Position numbers and translations under genes: made by a program. A stretch of DNA of 63,767 nt, filler included, from Choristocarpus tenellus KU-1152 (taxonomy: Eukaryota > Protista > Phaeophyceae), in NCBI GenBank assembly GCA_964200185.2. It is 9 parts of 9 records of this genome, joined end to end, with 100 filler letters (N's around TTAATTAATTAA, not from the genome) between each part and the next. Parts side by side here need not be neighbours in the genome. Positions count along the whole stretch, not along the records: positions 18,710 to 30,442 come from CAXNAD020002164.1; positions 30,543 to 41,120 come from CAXNAD020002849.1; 7 more parts are not named here. One strand, 5' to 3'. Every line of letters begins with the position of its first letter. Position 1 is the stretch's first letter. Below are positions 26,701 to 38,108 of the stretch, piece by piece. The notes beneath the pieces were generated by a model. It was not told the origin of the DNA, ran no database searches, and saw only the letters and a list, made by a program, of their open reading frames with translations.

Positions 26701-29700
26701 ATTGAAAATAAAAAAATGTGAAAATTCCCTCGACAATACTTAGTTGGGATGGGTTGGACGGGAACCGCAGCTTCCACATAAAATAAAAATAACAAATAGC
26801 GCGTGCAGACAGGACCAATGTACTAATGTTAATACTACTGTTAAATGTACTAATGACAAATAGAGCACGGTGTGGCCTGATAACAAGATTTAATAAAAAA
26901 AACAAAATAATCAAGTGATCAACACAACTGAAGAGAGAGGAGGCTACCTCAAATAACACCTCACACTTTTTTTCTTAGAAACTTTTCATCGGTCAATCAT
27001 CGCTTTTTCTTAGAAAGTTCTCAGATTGGATAAATGTAAATGGTCTAGTCCACAGGCTGGACCAGATTTGATCCTTACAAAATGTCCAACCCAGGATCAT
27101 CAACTGTTTCTATGGTCCAGTTTGGAGTCCGACCCATCAACTGTTCACAATACTTACTTTGTATGGACGTCAACAAATTTGTATGGTCTCTCATCTGTAG
27201 GATGACCTGGTTCCAAATATTTTGTCCAGGGTCGATCGAGGTCCATCTTCATATCTGACAGTCTACCTCCAGGTCCATCACCCCAAACCTGACCATAGCC
27301 CAGCAACACACTGACCAATGAAAGTCCCTTCTCAGCTATACATCGAAAAGGGCAAGGATACATATTTCACAACACCACAAGCAATACATCACAAAATTAT
27401 TTCGCTTTTAAAGGCATACTTCAATTTGAATTTTCCATTTTTTAATAATTCAATTGAAGTGATAATGACACAACATGACCTGATCAATTGGAAAAACAAA
27501 CACACAGGATCCTCTGACAACCAATCAGCCTCCAACTAGTCAGTACCATATCACTGTAGTACATCAACCCCCACCTCACATCACCACCACTACTCTTTGC
27601 TACTTCCTCTCACATACGCAGTAAAGACCATCTTGCTGGTTACTAAAAAAAAAACAAGAGAGACTGCAATGTCAGCACATGGGTGTATGTATGTATGTAG
27701 GTATGTGTAATCATGGTAATGTTAATGATAGTAACTGCCACACCTCTGTTTTCGTAGTAGCGTACATGAGCATTGCATCCCTTAGCCTCTGACATCATCT
27801 CCTCAACTGTCCTGCCATCAACAAACCATACCCATGAACAGGGTGTGTGTTAGTGTGTACATTAGAGTGATGAATTGCATTGTGAGGTGGGAACCATACC
27901 TCTTCCTCACCGCGAACAGTGTACAAAACAATCAAAATAATAATAATACACTCAACAGCTACTAAAATAATGATACACTCAACAACTACTAAAATGGTGA
28001 GAAATGGTTCCAATGCAGTATATTTTTCATTTTTAAGCAAAACACTCAAGTCTTGGATGTACTACAGGTATCAAAGGTGTGGGACAGGAAGGAATTAGAT
28101 CATGGAAGAAAGAAGTATGTGATGAAAAAGACGTAAGTATACTTCAAAAAAAAAGGGTTTTTATCACATTTGTAAAATATGCCTTGCATTGGTTGCATTT
28201 GTGGTTAGGGTTCTGTAGCACCATAAGTTCAAGACAACATGTAATATATAATATGTATACACAACAAAAAATGCTAAATTGCTCTGAAATCAACCAATGA
28301 AATAGTACGGATGCTTACAGTACAATACAGAGTATGGTACCCATACCATCATCACCCAACTGGATACAGGTATCATACATTGTACAGTAGAGGTCACATC
28401 AGAAAATAAAAATAAACAACAAAATCGGTTCCAAAACCCTATCCCTAACTTTAACCCTAAAAAAGAAAAGTCAAATAGGTCTAGCTGTTGCTAGAAGCTG
28501 AAAGCTGTTTGATACTTCAAGAATAGATATGAGAAAAATGATGTCAAAACAAAAAAGTACAAAGAACCTTCTGAGAACGGTATGAAAGAGGTGAACACCA
28601 TCACTTACCCACAATTCAATGGTCGACTTTCTGTTTCTACTTGTTCCTAGTTCAAAATCCACTTGGTTGGTATGGTCCACCATTGTCTTACAAAAAAATG
28701 GCAATAAACTACTAAAGCTACCATATCATATCATGTCATACCATATCATGTCATACCATATCCTATTCGTAAATATACACAGATATTCAAACAACTACTT
28801 TGCAACACTGATCCCACACTAAGGTACAACTTCAAAGCACACATCATTATTCAAACCATGCTACAGACCTTGAAATGTAACGCATCTCACCCCACCTACT
28901 AGTATTTGTTCGACAGAGGTTCATTCCACTACAATACGCTAGAGTATTGTCAAGTACTGCAAATGAAGACTGAAGCAATATGGAGTAGGTAGAGTAGAGT
29001 AAACTTCATAATTTAGCCCTCTTGATGCTATCCAAGTACAGCACTCTTTCTTCTTTTTCATGATATACCCATTGTCATCGATTAGAATAATTTAGTATCA
29101 TCATCTATTAATATTATTTTCATTTATTATTCACAAGTATACTTCAGTTTATACTTTGCAGCATGTCTATTGGGGGATGCAATATTTATCAATTCGCATG
29201 TCTACAAACTGTGAGCAAAATCACACAAACAGAACTCTCTACTTCACTGCCACAAAAGGTGTCCCTTTTGGTGTGATCTTAAAAGCCCCAAGTCCCAAGC
29301 TACAAACAATAATAATAAAAACTGAAGTGATCATAATAACAATAATTGCAGTGATACCATAAAAAGTGTTGTTCTTGACAGGAATATTTTGAATGGCATT
29401 TGCAGTACAACAGTGGTATTAGGGTTAAGGTTAGGGAAATGGAAATTTGCAGATAAATTCTCGTTGTTTGATGTAGGTCAGTCACGTCAGATAATAATAA
29501 GAATAAAAATAACAGGACAAGACATATTATTTTTCAATAAACTACGGTGTGAAATTTGAATGTCTTTTGTGTTGAGGGGAGAATCTGCTCAGGGAGGTCC
29601 AACTGTTGTTCCTGTTTGGTGCAAATCTACACATTACCAGACATCATGAGATACACACAAGGTAACATACAGTGCATAATAATGTCAATTTAAAAAAAGT

Positions 29701-29828
29701 AACAACAGAATGACATTCTCATGTGCAGTAGTAGACCCACATGGTTCCATTGTTGACAACTATTGTGATGTCCTTATGCTTGGAGTAAAATTCCTCATTG
29801 CGATATGTGTCCACAATCACTCCAACAC
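20751..29828 (-). CDS. L-type lectin cargo receptor, ERGIC-53/LMAN1/VIP36-like (5'-partial); exons 29828-29741, 27811-27744, 26197-26085, 24452-24273, 23696-23610, 23358-23254, 21962-21877, 20850-20751
   Basis: Spliced product: GVGVIVDTYRN..ITIVVNNGT, GCNAHVRY, WVECAEVILP, HIGLTASTGELSDNHDVL, then a coiled-coil stalk, the TM helix WKMPFAVLVIGLVAAGVWCY and the tail RKSHLL*. Phases consistent; two introns are predicted GC-AG. Confidence 0.88.
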
Positions 29829-30442
29829 CTGGAAGATAACCAAGACAAGACAAAATATGACATAATGTATCACGCATCATTATCAGTGTTATTGGTAAGC
29901 ATGAGAGGCAGTATTTGTTGAGGGAACACACATGGGGAGGTACAAAAAAAGAACTATCAATATGAACTGATCAAGTGTGTGACACAAAAGAGCCAGTTAC
30001 ACAAAAATAAAAACAAAAAACTCAACAATGGGCTGGTCTAGGAAGTGAACAAATAGATGAGAAGGGACATGGAACAAGGTTCCCTATTTTTCCCATGGTA
30101 AATACCTCAAAGATACAAGAACATTGATTATACCTCATCACCACAGTACAATGCAGAGAGTGATGGCAAGCAAGAAAATATTTACGTCTCCATTCACTAC
30201 AATGAGAGGAAACTTGAAGAACATCAACTCCATCCCCCCTAACATACACATATACACATACATACACATATACACATACACATTTAAAAGGAGCGGAGAC
30301 AAAACAGAGAGTCTGTCATAAGACCAAAGTACCATAGGTATTAGTTCAAGTCGGTGTGTACTAGACACACCCAACCACAGGACACATACCCTGCAGTCTA
30401 AAAGGGGGGATGGCGAAGGGGGGTATCAGCTCTCTCACACAC

Positions 30443-30542
30443 NNNNNNNNNNNNNNNNNNNNNNNNNNNNNNNNNNNNNNNNNNNNTTAATTAATTAANN
30501 NNNNNNNNNNNNNNNNNNNNNNNNNNNNNNNNNNNNNNNNNN
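30443..30542. other. Artificial contig linker 2
   Basis: 44N-TTAATTAATTAA-44N. Confidence 0.97.
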
Positions 30543-30589
30543 GTATGCAAACCAAATAAAAAAAAATCGCGACATGAAAAAATTGACCC

Positions 30590-30630
30590 CAAATGGACAG
30601 CCGCCACCCCCTCCCAGATACTTTGAGCCT
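30590..30630. repeat. Short repeat shared with 43842-43882
   Basis: caaatggacagccgccaccccctcccagata(c/a)tttgagcct: 41 bp with one mismatch, at the start of two contigs. Confidence 0.85.
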
Positions 30631-31119
30631 AAACTTTAGCTAGCTGGTCCTCCAGAGTTGTATGAAGGAGGGTAATAGATTGACCCCGACCATCGAACTC
30701 ACAAAAAAAACGACACTGAAAGTCTAATCCAATTCGTTGAGCTCAGTATAAAAGTGAGCTTCCTCCCAAAGAAATTGTTATCAATATTTACAGGAACACC
30801 TGTGGAAGATCTGAGAGACAAGAATGCCTTAAAGAGCCCAGGAGAGGACACCTTACACAATGTGTGTGATCGAAGTTAGCACACATAGATAATCGAGCTA
30901 AGCTTACCATACCTACCAGAGTGTATGACAGGTAAAGACATGCATCACTTGCCTTGATTGTGGCATTGCACAATCATGATTAGGAGACGTGGGTGCAACA
31001 ACATATGCTTGACATCCCAGTTGACAGGTTTTTGCGTAAGGATATACGTAGAGGCCGATAAAATATTATAGTGATATACAAGGAAAGGTACTTATATTAT
31101 TTCTCTTGCTTTCACTCAC

Positions 31120-34100
31120 CAGAGATATGCTCCGAGGATGTTGAACTCTGAAAAGACAAGATTGCGTTCCTCTAATGTCCAGTCCGACATCATCTCGATT
31201 GGTTTGCACTGGCCCCTTCGAGTTTTCATGAAGTCTACAAAAGGGATCCCTTTTTTTTCCTCAAGGAAAGCACATGTTGCTGAATACACCTCACGTGGGT
31301 ATACATGAGTATTAAATATTGAAAACTCGTGCACCACATCCTCACCCAGTGCCAGCGCAGTACCATTCTTCCAGCACACCGACAACATGTCGTTGTTCCA
31401 ATCTGCCATATGGAAGAACAAGTCAAAGAAGTGTAAACGTTTCAATTGGTGCTCTCCACAACGAGCACTAAATGTAATGTTGAGTTGCTCTTATCATGCC
31501 ATAGGTATGAGGGGATCAACCTGCAGATATGACATTATGTTCTGTTACAAATGATATCAATGAACATATCACATATCATCGCCAGTCTTTTTCACATAGT
31601 CATATCGTAGAGCCTATACGAACTTGTATCACCAAGACATTTTGGAGCATGAATACACACATATACCTAGTACTTCAAAGTACGTACAAATTTATACCAC
31701 AATGCCAAGAAAGACCACAAAGAATCACAACAGCCTATCTCCAGAACTACCATTAACTAGAACAACCAAACAACATGACGGACCCCTTGTGGCTATATTT
31801 TTTAATAGAGATTCGATAGAGATACTCATACCATGATACAGAATTTAAACACCACCTCAGACCCTTTTTGAGGCACTTAAGAGTTCGTAATGGACTACAA
31901 TATAATGAGGAACTGTAAGTCAAACTATTGGTCAGACGGCTGGAGTTTGGCAACAACAGTGGTTCAATCCAAGCGGTCTATACATAACTCAACATATATT
32001 TCGCTCCTCTAGGATTTGTGTTAGTCGTACACATTACAGTACTTGCACAAATCTCAAAAACTAAATGGTACAAGAATATAGGAAAATATATTCTGGAAAG
32101 CACAAGAGTAACACCTTGCCCCCTTTGGAAAGTTTTTTCTGGTCAGGTTTAAGCACCAAAACATTAGGTGTGAAAAATGTGTATTCTTACTTCATGTGTG
32201 CTCTCGGTTTAAGTTTTAGTTGTTGTTTTTTTCAAGTTTTAGTTCAATAGTTGAAAGTTGAAATATTAATGGTAGTTTTCCTGGCCCAAGCCCTGCAATA
32301 CCATGGGAGACGATGCATTGAAATGGTTGAGGTAATGCATTTATTTATGTCAACAAACAATATTAATTCTTACACATTTGAAAACAATGTAACTAAATGG
32401 ATAAGCCCCGCACCTCCTAGCAAAAAAAATATTCAAAAAAGCTTTCAAGTCAAAGAGTTGGCTGTTGCGACTGGTTCTGAACTTGCTTGGTGAAACCTAC
32501 TTATGGCAATTGGCATTCAAATCCAATAAATTGTCATCTATTTATGTACATAAGAGAATTATAGGTGGTCATGGCCATTTTATTTTTTCCTTCGGGGGTC
32601 ATCAACTTCAGTGCATCGCCAACGAAGACCTGTCATTTTGAGCTTTACAGGTATTTTTCAACATCTTGAAAATATTAAGATACACGAAAAATGATAACTC
32701 TGCAAGTCCCTTCGATATCATTTTTAGTAATGAATCACTCACGGAGCAGCAGATATATGCAGTTCACGGTTGTGGACTTGTGCTCGAAAGAATGTGCCAC
32801 CAGAAAGTCAGAGGGGGTCATTCAACTCAGTGGCATCCCATCTCAGTACTTCAATTATAAAAGTGGAAATACATTCCAAATATCTGAACTAAGCCAAAGA
32901 GATATGGAGACAATCTAAATGCATGTTCTATACAAGGATTCTTCGTGGTGGTATCTGCTCAACTGAAGCATGCTAAGGCTCTACTTCAAACAAGATAAAC
33001 AGCTCTACTGACTAACGTTTCTGCTGCTCAGGTATACATAGATGATTCAAAGAAGGAAGAACTATAACAGGCAGCACATACTAGCATCCCTTTCCCCAGT
33101 AATCGTCCTGTTTCAAAGACCGTCAAGGTGTTGGGCATTATCTCACCTATACCATCATGGTAATGCCTGAACGGAAGTACAGGTTTGCCAAACTTGAACA
33201 TATGATCATAGGTCACATCCTCCATTATGACTACATCGGAATCCAGATGTAGGACGAAGTCTCCTTCACAATACAGATCAGCAAGCATCTTAGAATATTG
33301 CTGTTGTATATGACCATCCATCAGGGTCTCCTCCGTAACTATCCGTATGGGGAACGGTGCTTCAATGATGTGCGGCTTCAAGATGCCCTTGAACAAAGTC
33401 TCGTCCCTTTCTTCGACAACAACCACAACCTCGCGGGCAGAAGGGAAGCTATTAATGACCGACAACAGAGAGACCTCAAAGAGGAAGGCATCACCGTAAA
33501 ACGATCGATACATGATGCTGACATCGAAGTCCTCTACCCGAGGCATGGGCAATCCGGAAGCTGGGCCAAACTCCACGCCAGGTCTCGGCCCCAAATCTTC
33601 CTTCGGAGCACGAAGATATCCTAATCCACAGCCTTGTGAATTAGATTTGAACGACTCAATAAGACCTCTGAGGAAGAAGCTCAAATCATACCCCTGATAC
33701 GCAAGACGCATGTCCACCTTGCAGCTGAATGGAGGCTTGATAAGAGGAACATCCCAAATTGAGACAGATTCAAAAATATTTTTATTTGTCCAATGGACGG
33801 GGATGAAGAATTTGACTCCAGGTTGACCCGTTGCAAAGGCTAGGGGTGCCAATGTCTGTTACATTTATGAACAGGGTTGTACAAAAAGAAGAAAAAATAG
33901 GGCATCATTATCACGTTCGGTAAGGTGAGTTACTTTCTTCAAGAACAGTTCTATGGTGCAATGTCTTACTTCACAACATGAAATATGAAAACAAATGAAG
34001 GTACAGCCAGGGCTGGTGTGTTCTCATCCAAGGGAGTGCCTTGCACACCTGGTATATATTTCAATCTGCGGGTACATCAGTCGTCAGATATTGCCTATCC

Positions 34101-34798
34101 TCTTTCCCCTTGAATATTGTTCAATTTCTCTCAACCTTGGCCCCAGTTCCAACTAAGGATGGAATAGGCAACTTCGTTGACCATACAATCAACCTGATGA
34201 GCATGGAATTCTCTTGATTTATGGTGATCGAATACTAGTTTGCAGCTACTACTGTGCTATATTCCGCCTTTGAGTTCATTACTGGTTGGCCCTCGTTACT
34301 TGATACAGTTGAAAGAATTATCAACAAAACATTGCACTCACCTCAGGTATTGAGATGTCCAACAAAGGGTCTTCACTGTCCCTAACCTTGTCAAGGTAGT
34401 TTGCGATGGCTACCTCCTTATCGAAACGGGTGGGAAATTCCTTCTGTAGTTCAAGATGAAGCATTAGGAATTTTCTCAGCTTGGCGTTGACATCTCTCGG
34501 AAGGATGAGATCCACACCAAACGTAAATGATGGGCTTTCAAAACCGAGCAGTATCGAGGTTAGGGAAGAATACCTTTTGTTCGACAGAGAGATCTTTTCT
34601 ACACTATCCCATTCAACCAAGATACCCCCAGTGGGTGAATAGACATCCTTGGCGAGAGGGTTGCGCATGACGATGGTTCCAGCCTCAACGTAGTAGATGA
34701 GACTTGTTGTATTATCGCACATTTCATCTGCCCAAAGTTCTGCATAGTTGACTGTGGACATGTTGTGGATTGTCAAGTCAGGGAATGCACCTAAGGCT
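31120..34798 (-). CDS. Putative GT-A-fold glycosyltransferase-like protein (DUF6492-like), partial at both ends; exons 34798-34342, 33855-33147, 31402-31120
   Basis: VSIMYRSFYGD, EVVVVV, GHIQQQYSKMLADLYCEGDFVLHLDSDVV (DxD motif), GKPVLPF, FSEFNILGAYLW. GT-AG junctions are in phase. The family name is from recall, not from a search. Confidence 0.65.
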
Positions 34799-35517
34799 CT
34801 GCAAATTTAGATGAGTCACATGCAGGAAGAAGAGAGAGAGGTTAGGTCACTATGGAGCATTTATGCTGTAAGTGGTATGCATGTATTATTTGTTGTGTTC
34901 TCTACTAATCAAAATCTTCTTATAATAGAATTGATGAAGAAATAATTCAATTTTGACGAGTTACTTCAGCTTCACCAAGTAGCAGTCAATGTCGTATTTG
35001 CAGCAAAAACAAGGGAAGGAATAGAGATGATATAGTGATTCAAATGACTATGTACTCAGCAACTAAAAACCTCATCACTCCCTTAGTCTATGCACCTTCT
35101 CCCATAACCTGCAGTCTGAGCAGGATCTGCTCATATGTCGGGCAGGGAAGGGTGGCTAATACAAGTATTTTCATCTTTAGTTGTCATCCAATTAAAGCTC
35201 TAACACAGCGGACACTATTCATTACACGTATTCTTCCTGTAGGAGAAGGTATTTATAATCCCGAAGAAACAAATTAGATTACTTCTTTGGGCGTACAATG
35301 TGGATGAAACTTTCCGGTTGTTGTGCATGGTGTTGGGAGGAAGATATCATCTCAAGACCTATCACAACCTCACCCACTCTACACTGGCAATTGACCTAAA
35401 ATTTCCATAATAAAAGTATGAACTGATTAACTTAATTCAATATTTTGATACGGTGGGAGACAAGTTGCCGATATTTTCAATGTTTTAACGGTCAGCCTTG
35501 TTGGTTGGGTGAGTGTA

Positions 35518-37073
35518 TAGTGGGTGTACCGATATAAGAGAGAGGGCAGGGGCCACCAATAAAATTCTCTCTTATATCCCCATCCTCTCTTATTATACTT
35601 AAGGGCGCTTTTCTCTTAAACCGAGGGATCGTGATAAGAGAAACCTATTCTATATCGAGCAACAGTGCTCGTACTCACTTCATACTTGTCCCCAAACGAT
35701 GACGGAGCGACGCTGTATGTGCTTCCCATGTACCTTTAAGAGTAACTACATGAATGTAGATATGTAGTGAACATTGACCTCGGTGAGCCTATTTCGATGA
35801 AGCTGTGGTGGTGCAGCAAGCACCACATCTACACCACCCCTCCATAGTATACCAGTGTCATATGTATACAGTACTGCAACCTGGGCAAATTACACCCAAT
35901 ACGATGTATTCACTCGTATGTATAGTACATCTTCCCAAGAAAAGCCTCTGCAAGCCGTTGGGTGGCTGGACAGATGACTCGAAGTTCAAATCAAATCAAC
36001 GTTCAAAGCCAATCTCCCTCTGACGCCCTGCCTTACGCATTCAATTGCACTAAGGATACTATACAGTATTACAGTAACAAAAACGCCACCATGGATCAAA
36101 TGCATCTGCACGGCCATGCACCCTCCATTGCATGCATTGAGTAAAGCAACTTATTCGCAGATAAAAAAATTGCAACTGCAAATAAAACTTGAATGCCCGC
36201 TTGTTTGATTGCCCTTGCCCCGATTGCGCTGAGCCAAGCCAGCTTTGCTTTCCGGAGATAGTGCGAAACATCGTTCATATGCTGCACTCTTCGGCAGCTC
36301 TTTCTAAGCTTGCAAACTCATCAGCTACTTCAGAATACTGTGGTGTAGGTATCGAGAACACCGAAGAGCCTGCTCCTTTCCTCACGGCCCCCGATGATGG
36401 TTGTTGCCTCCTTCAACTTGTAGAGGGTACTGTGATCGATTCCAAACTTTTGAGCAACCGCAGTTGACGCCATGGTCTTCAGGAGCGTCAGCGCTTCCAG
36501 CTTCACTGTAAAACTCAAGCGTTTATGATTGTCGGCATCGTGAGGCGTGTAGGACGTGTCTTTCTCCGTAGATATATTTGGCAGTACCTTCCCCCTGCCG
36601 TTGTTCTTGTTGTCGTGGTGCTTCGACGCCATGTTGTCACTGACTGGAGGACTCGAAGCCTTGCGCTTGGTGGGGCTCACGCACAATTTGCACAAGCGTT
36701 TCATTTCGCTGGCGCCGAAAGGATCCATGACGCTGTAAATGCCGTGAAGATAGCCACTACAAACGCAACACTTATGGCATGTATATGGTGGCGGACCAGG
36801 AGTATTACCCTGTATGTACTGTACTTTGCAGTATTAAGAGACAAGAGACTGCTATGCTGTGTCCTGCTGGTCTCGACCACCTCTGTCCCTTAATTTGTTA
36901 TATTTTACTTAACTTTAAACATTACTTTTTGAGAAACTCTCAGCCAACATTTAAAAAATATATGAGTTTGCTCGATATAAGAGAGAATTGGAAGGAAAAC
37001 GCCAAAAACTCTCTTACAGCTTGAAAAGTTGTGACAAGGAAATTTACCCTCTCTTATATAGGTACACCCACTG
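35518..37073 (-). mobile_element. Internally deleted pogo/Tigger-like DNA transposon (Tc1/mariner superfamily), ~1.56 kb
   Basis: Terminal inverted repeats TA|(t)agtgggtgtaccgatataagagag ... ctctcttatataggtacacccactg|TA with flanking TA duplication. ORF 36728-36330 encodes a CENP-B/psq-type HTH (HKRLSFTVKLEALTLL..AVAQKFGIDHSTLYKLK); no DDE domain. Confidence 0.88.
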
Positions 37074-37324
37074 TAATTGTTTTAAGGTTAAACATTGACA
37101 AGAAAGGTCAAAAGACTTGGCATTGGGCTAAAGAAGGTTGAGAAAGCATGACCTCAATCTGACTATCACATACATTATGGAGTAAAGTACCCTCCTCCTA
37201 TGTACACAGTGTAGTATATTGGCGACTCTTTGTCACTCTGGTAGTACACCAACTTTTGTCAAAGAAATGCAAAAGGTCAAACTTGACTATCAAATGAACT
37301 CTTCAGGAATATTTGACCTTGTCC

Positions 37325-38108
37325 AAAATAGGACAATAGTGAGGTGTACCTTATTTTGTGTATGAGAGATGTAACTAATGAGATAGTGCATCCGGGTTAT
37401 GAATTGGAATGTGTATGGGTTTTTATTCTGCATTCAACTACTTTGACGTAACCATGGACTTATGTGTGAGAGTCAACGCATCTGGGGGGGGGTGTTGAAC
37501 TATCCCACACTGGACCCGCGGCTTTTATGGTGCTTTAATGAAGGACAAAGAACAGCTTGATGTACATGAACAATGTTAATATTACAAGGGCCTTTGTGGT
37601 CTATACTCCGATGACTGAGAAGGTGGGTAAGACTAGTGCAGCCTACCATGTGGGATTTGCAACGTCCACATGGATAATCAGAAAAGAATACAGTCACTGC
37701 ATCATATATGGTTAGTGCAGACTTCAACTAAGATACACCGAAACATTTTTCTGTCACTACTTTTCCCTCATTACTCCTTTTCCCCATTACTCCATTTAAA
37801 TTACCCCATTATTCCTTTACTCCATTATTCCATTATCCCACTGGTGGTATTTATCTTTCCTAATCTACTCCACCGATGGTGTCTATAGTGTATCAGCAGC
37901 ACTATCTACGAACAGGGGGAGGGTGCCGGCGTCCGTTTTTGACCCTGAGGCACAAATAATAATATAACAATGAGAAGACACCCCATAAAGGTCACTCTTC
38001 TAATTCCATCCATTCTTTCCTTGTTCAGCAAAGGGGGTCGTATGAGGCTTATGCTTTCTTGTCTTCACTACTAATAAATAGCATTACCTCCAAAGGTAAA
38101 TTGCACAG
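37325..38108. repeat. Dispersed repeat; homologous copy at 43144-43478
   Basis: Blocks aaaataggacaatagtgaggtgtaccttattttgt... and acaaataataat...caatgagaaga...gttcagcaaagggg.tcgt.tgaggctt...ttgcacag are present in both places. Confidence 0.8.

Noticed and set aside
27154-28704. Exon-like ORFs inside lectin introns (27154-27363, 28609-28686)
   Set aside because: The lectin model closes in phase without them and they add no lectin motif.
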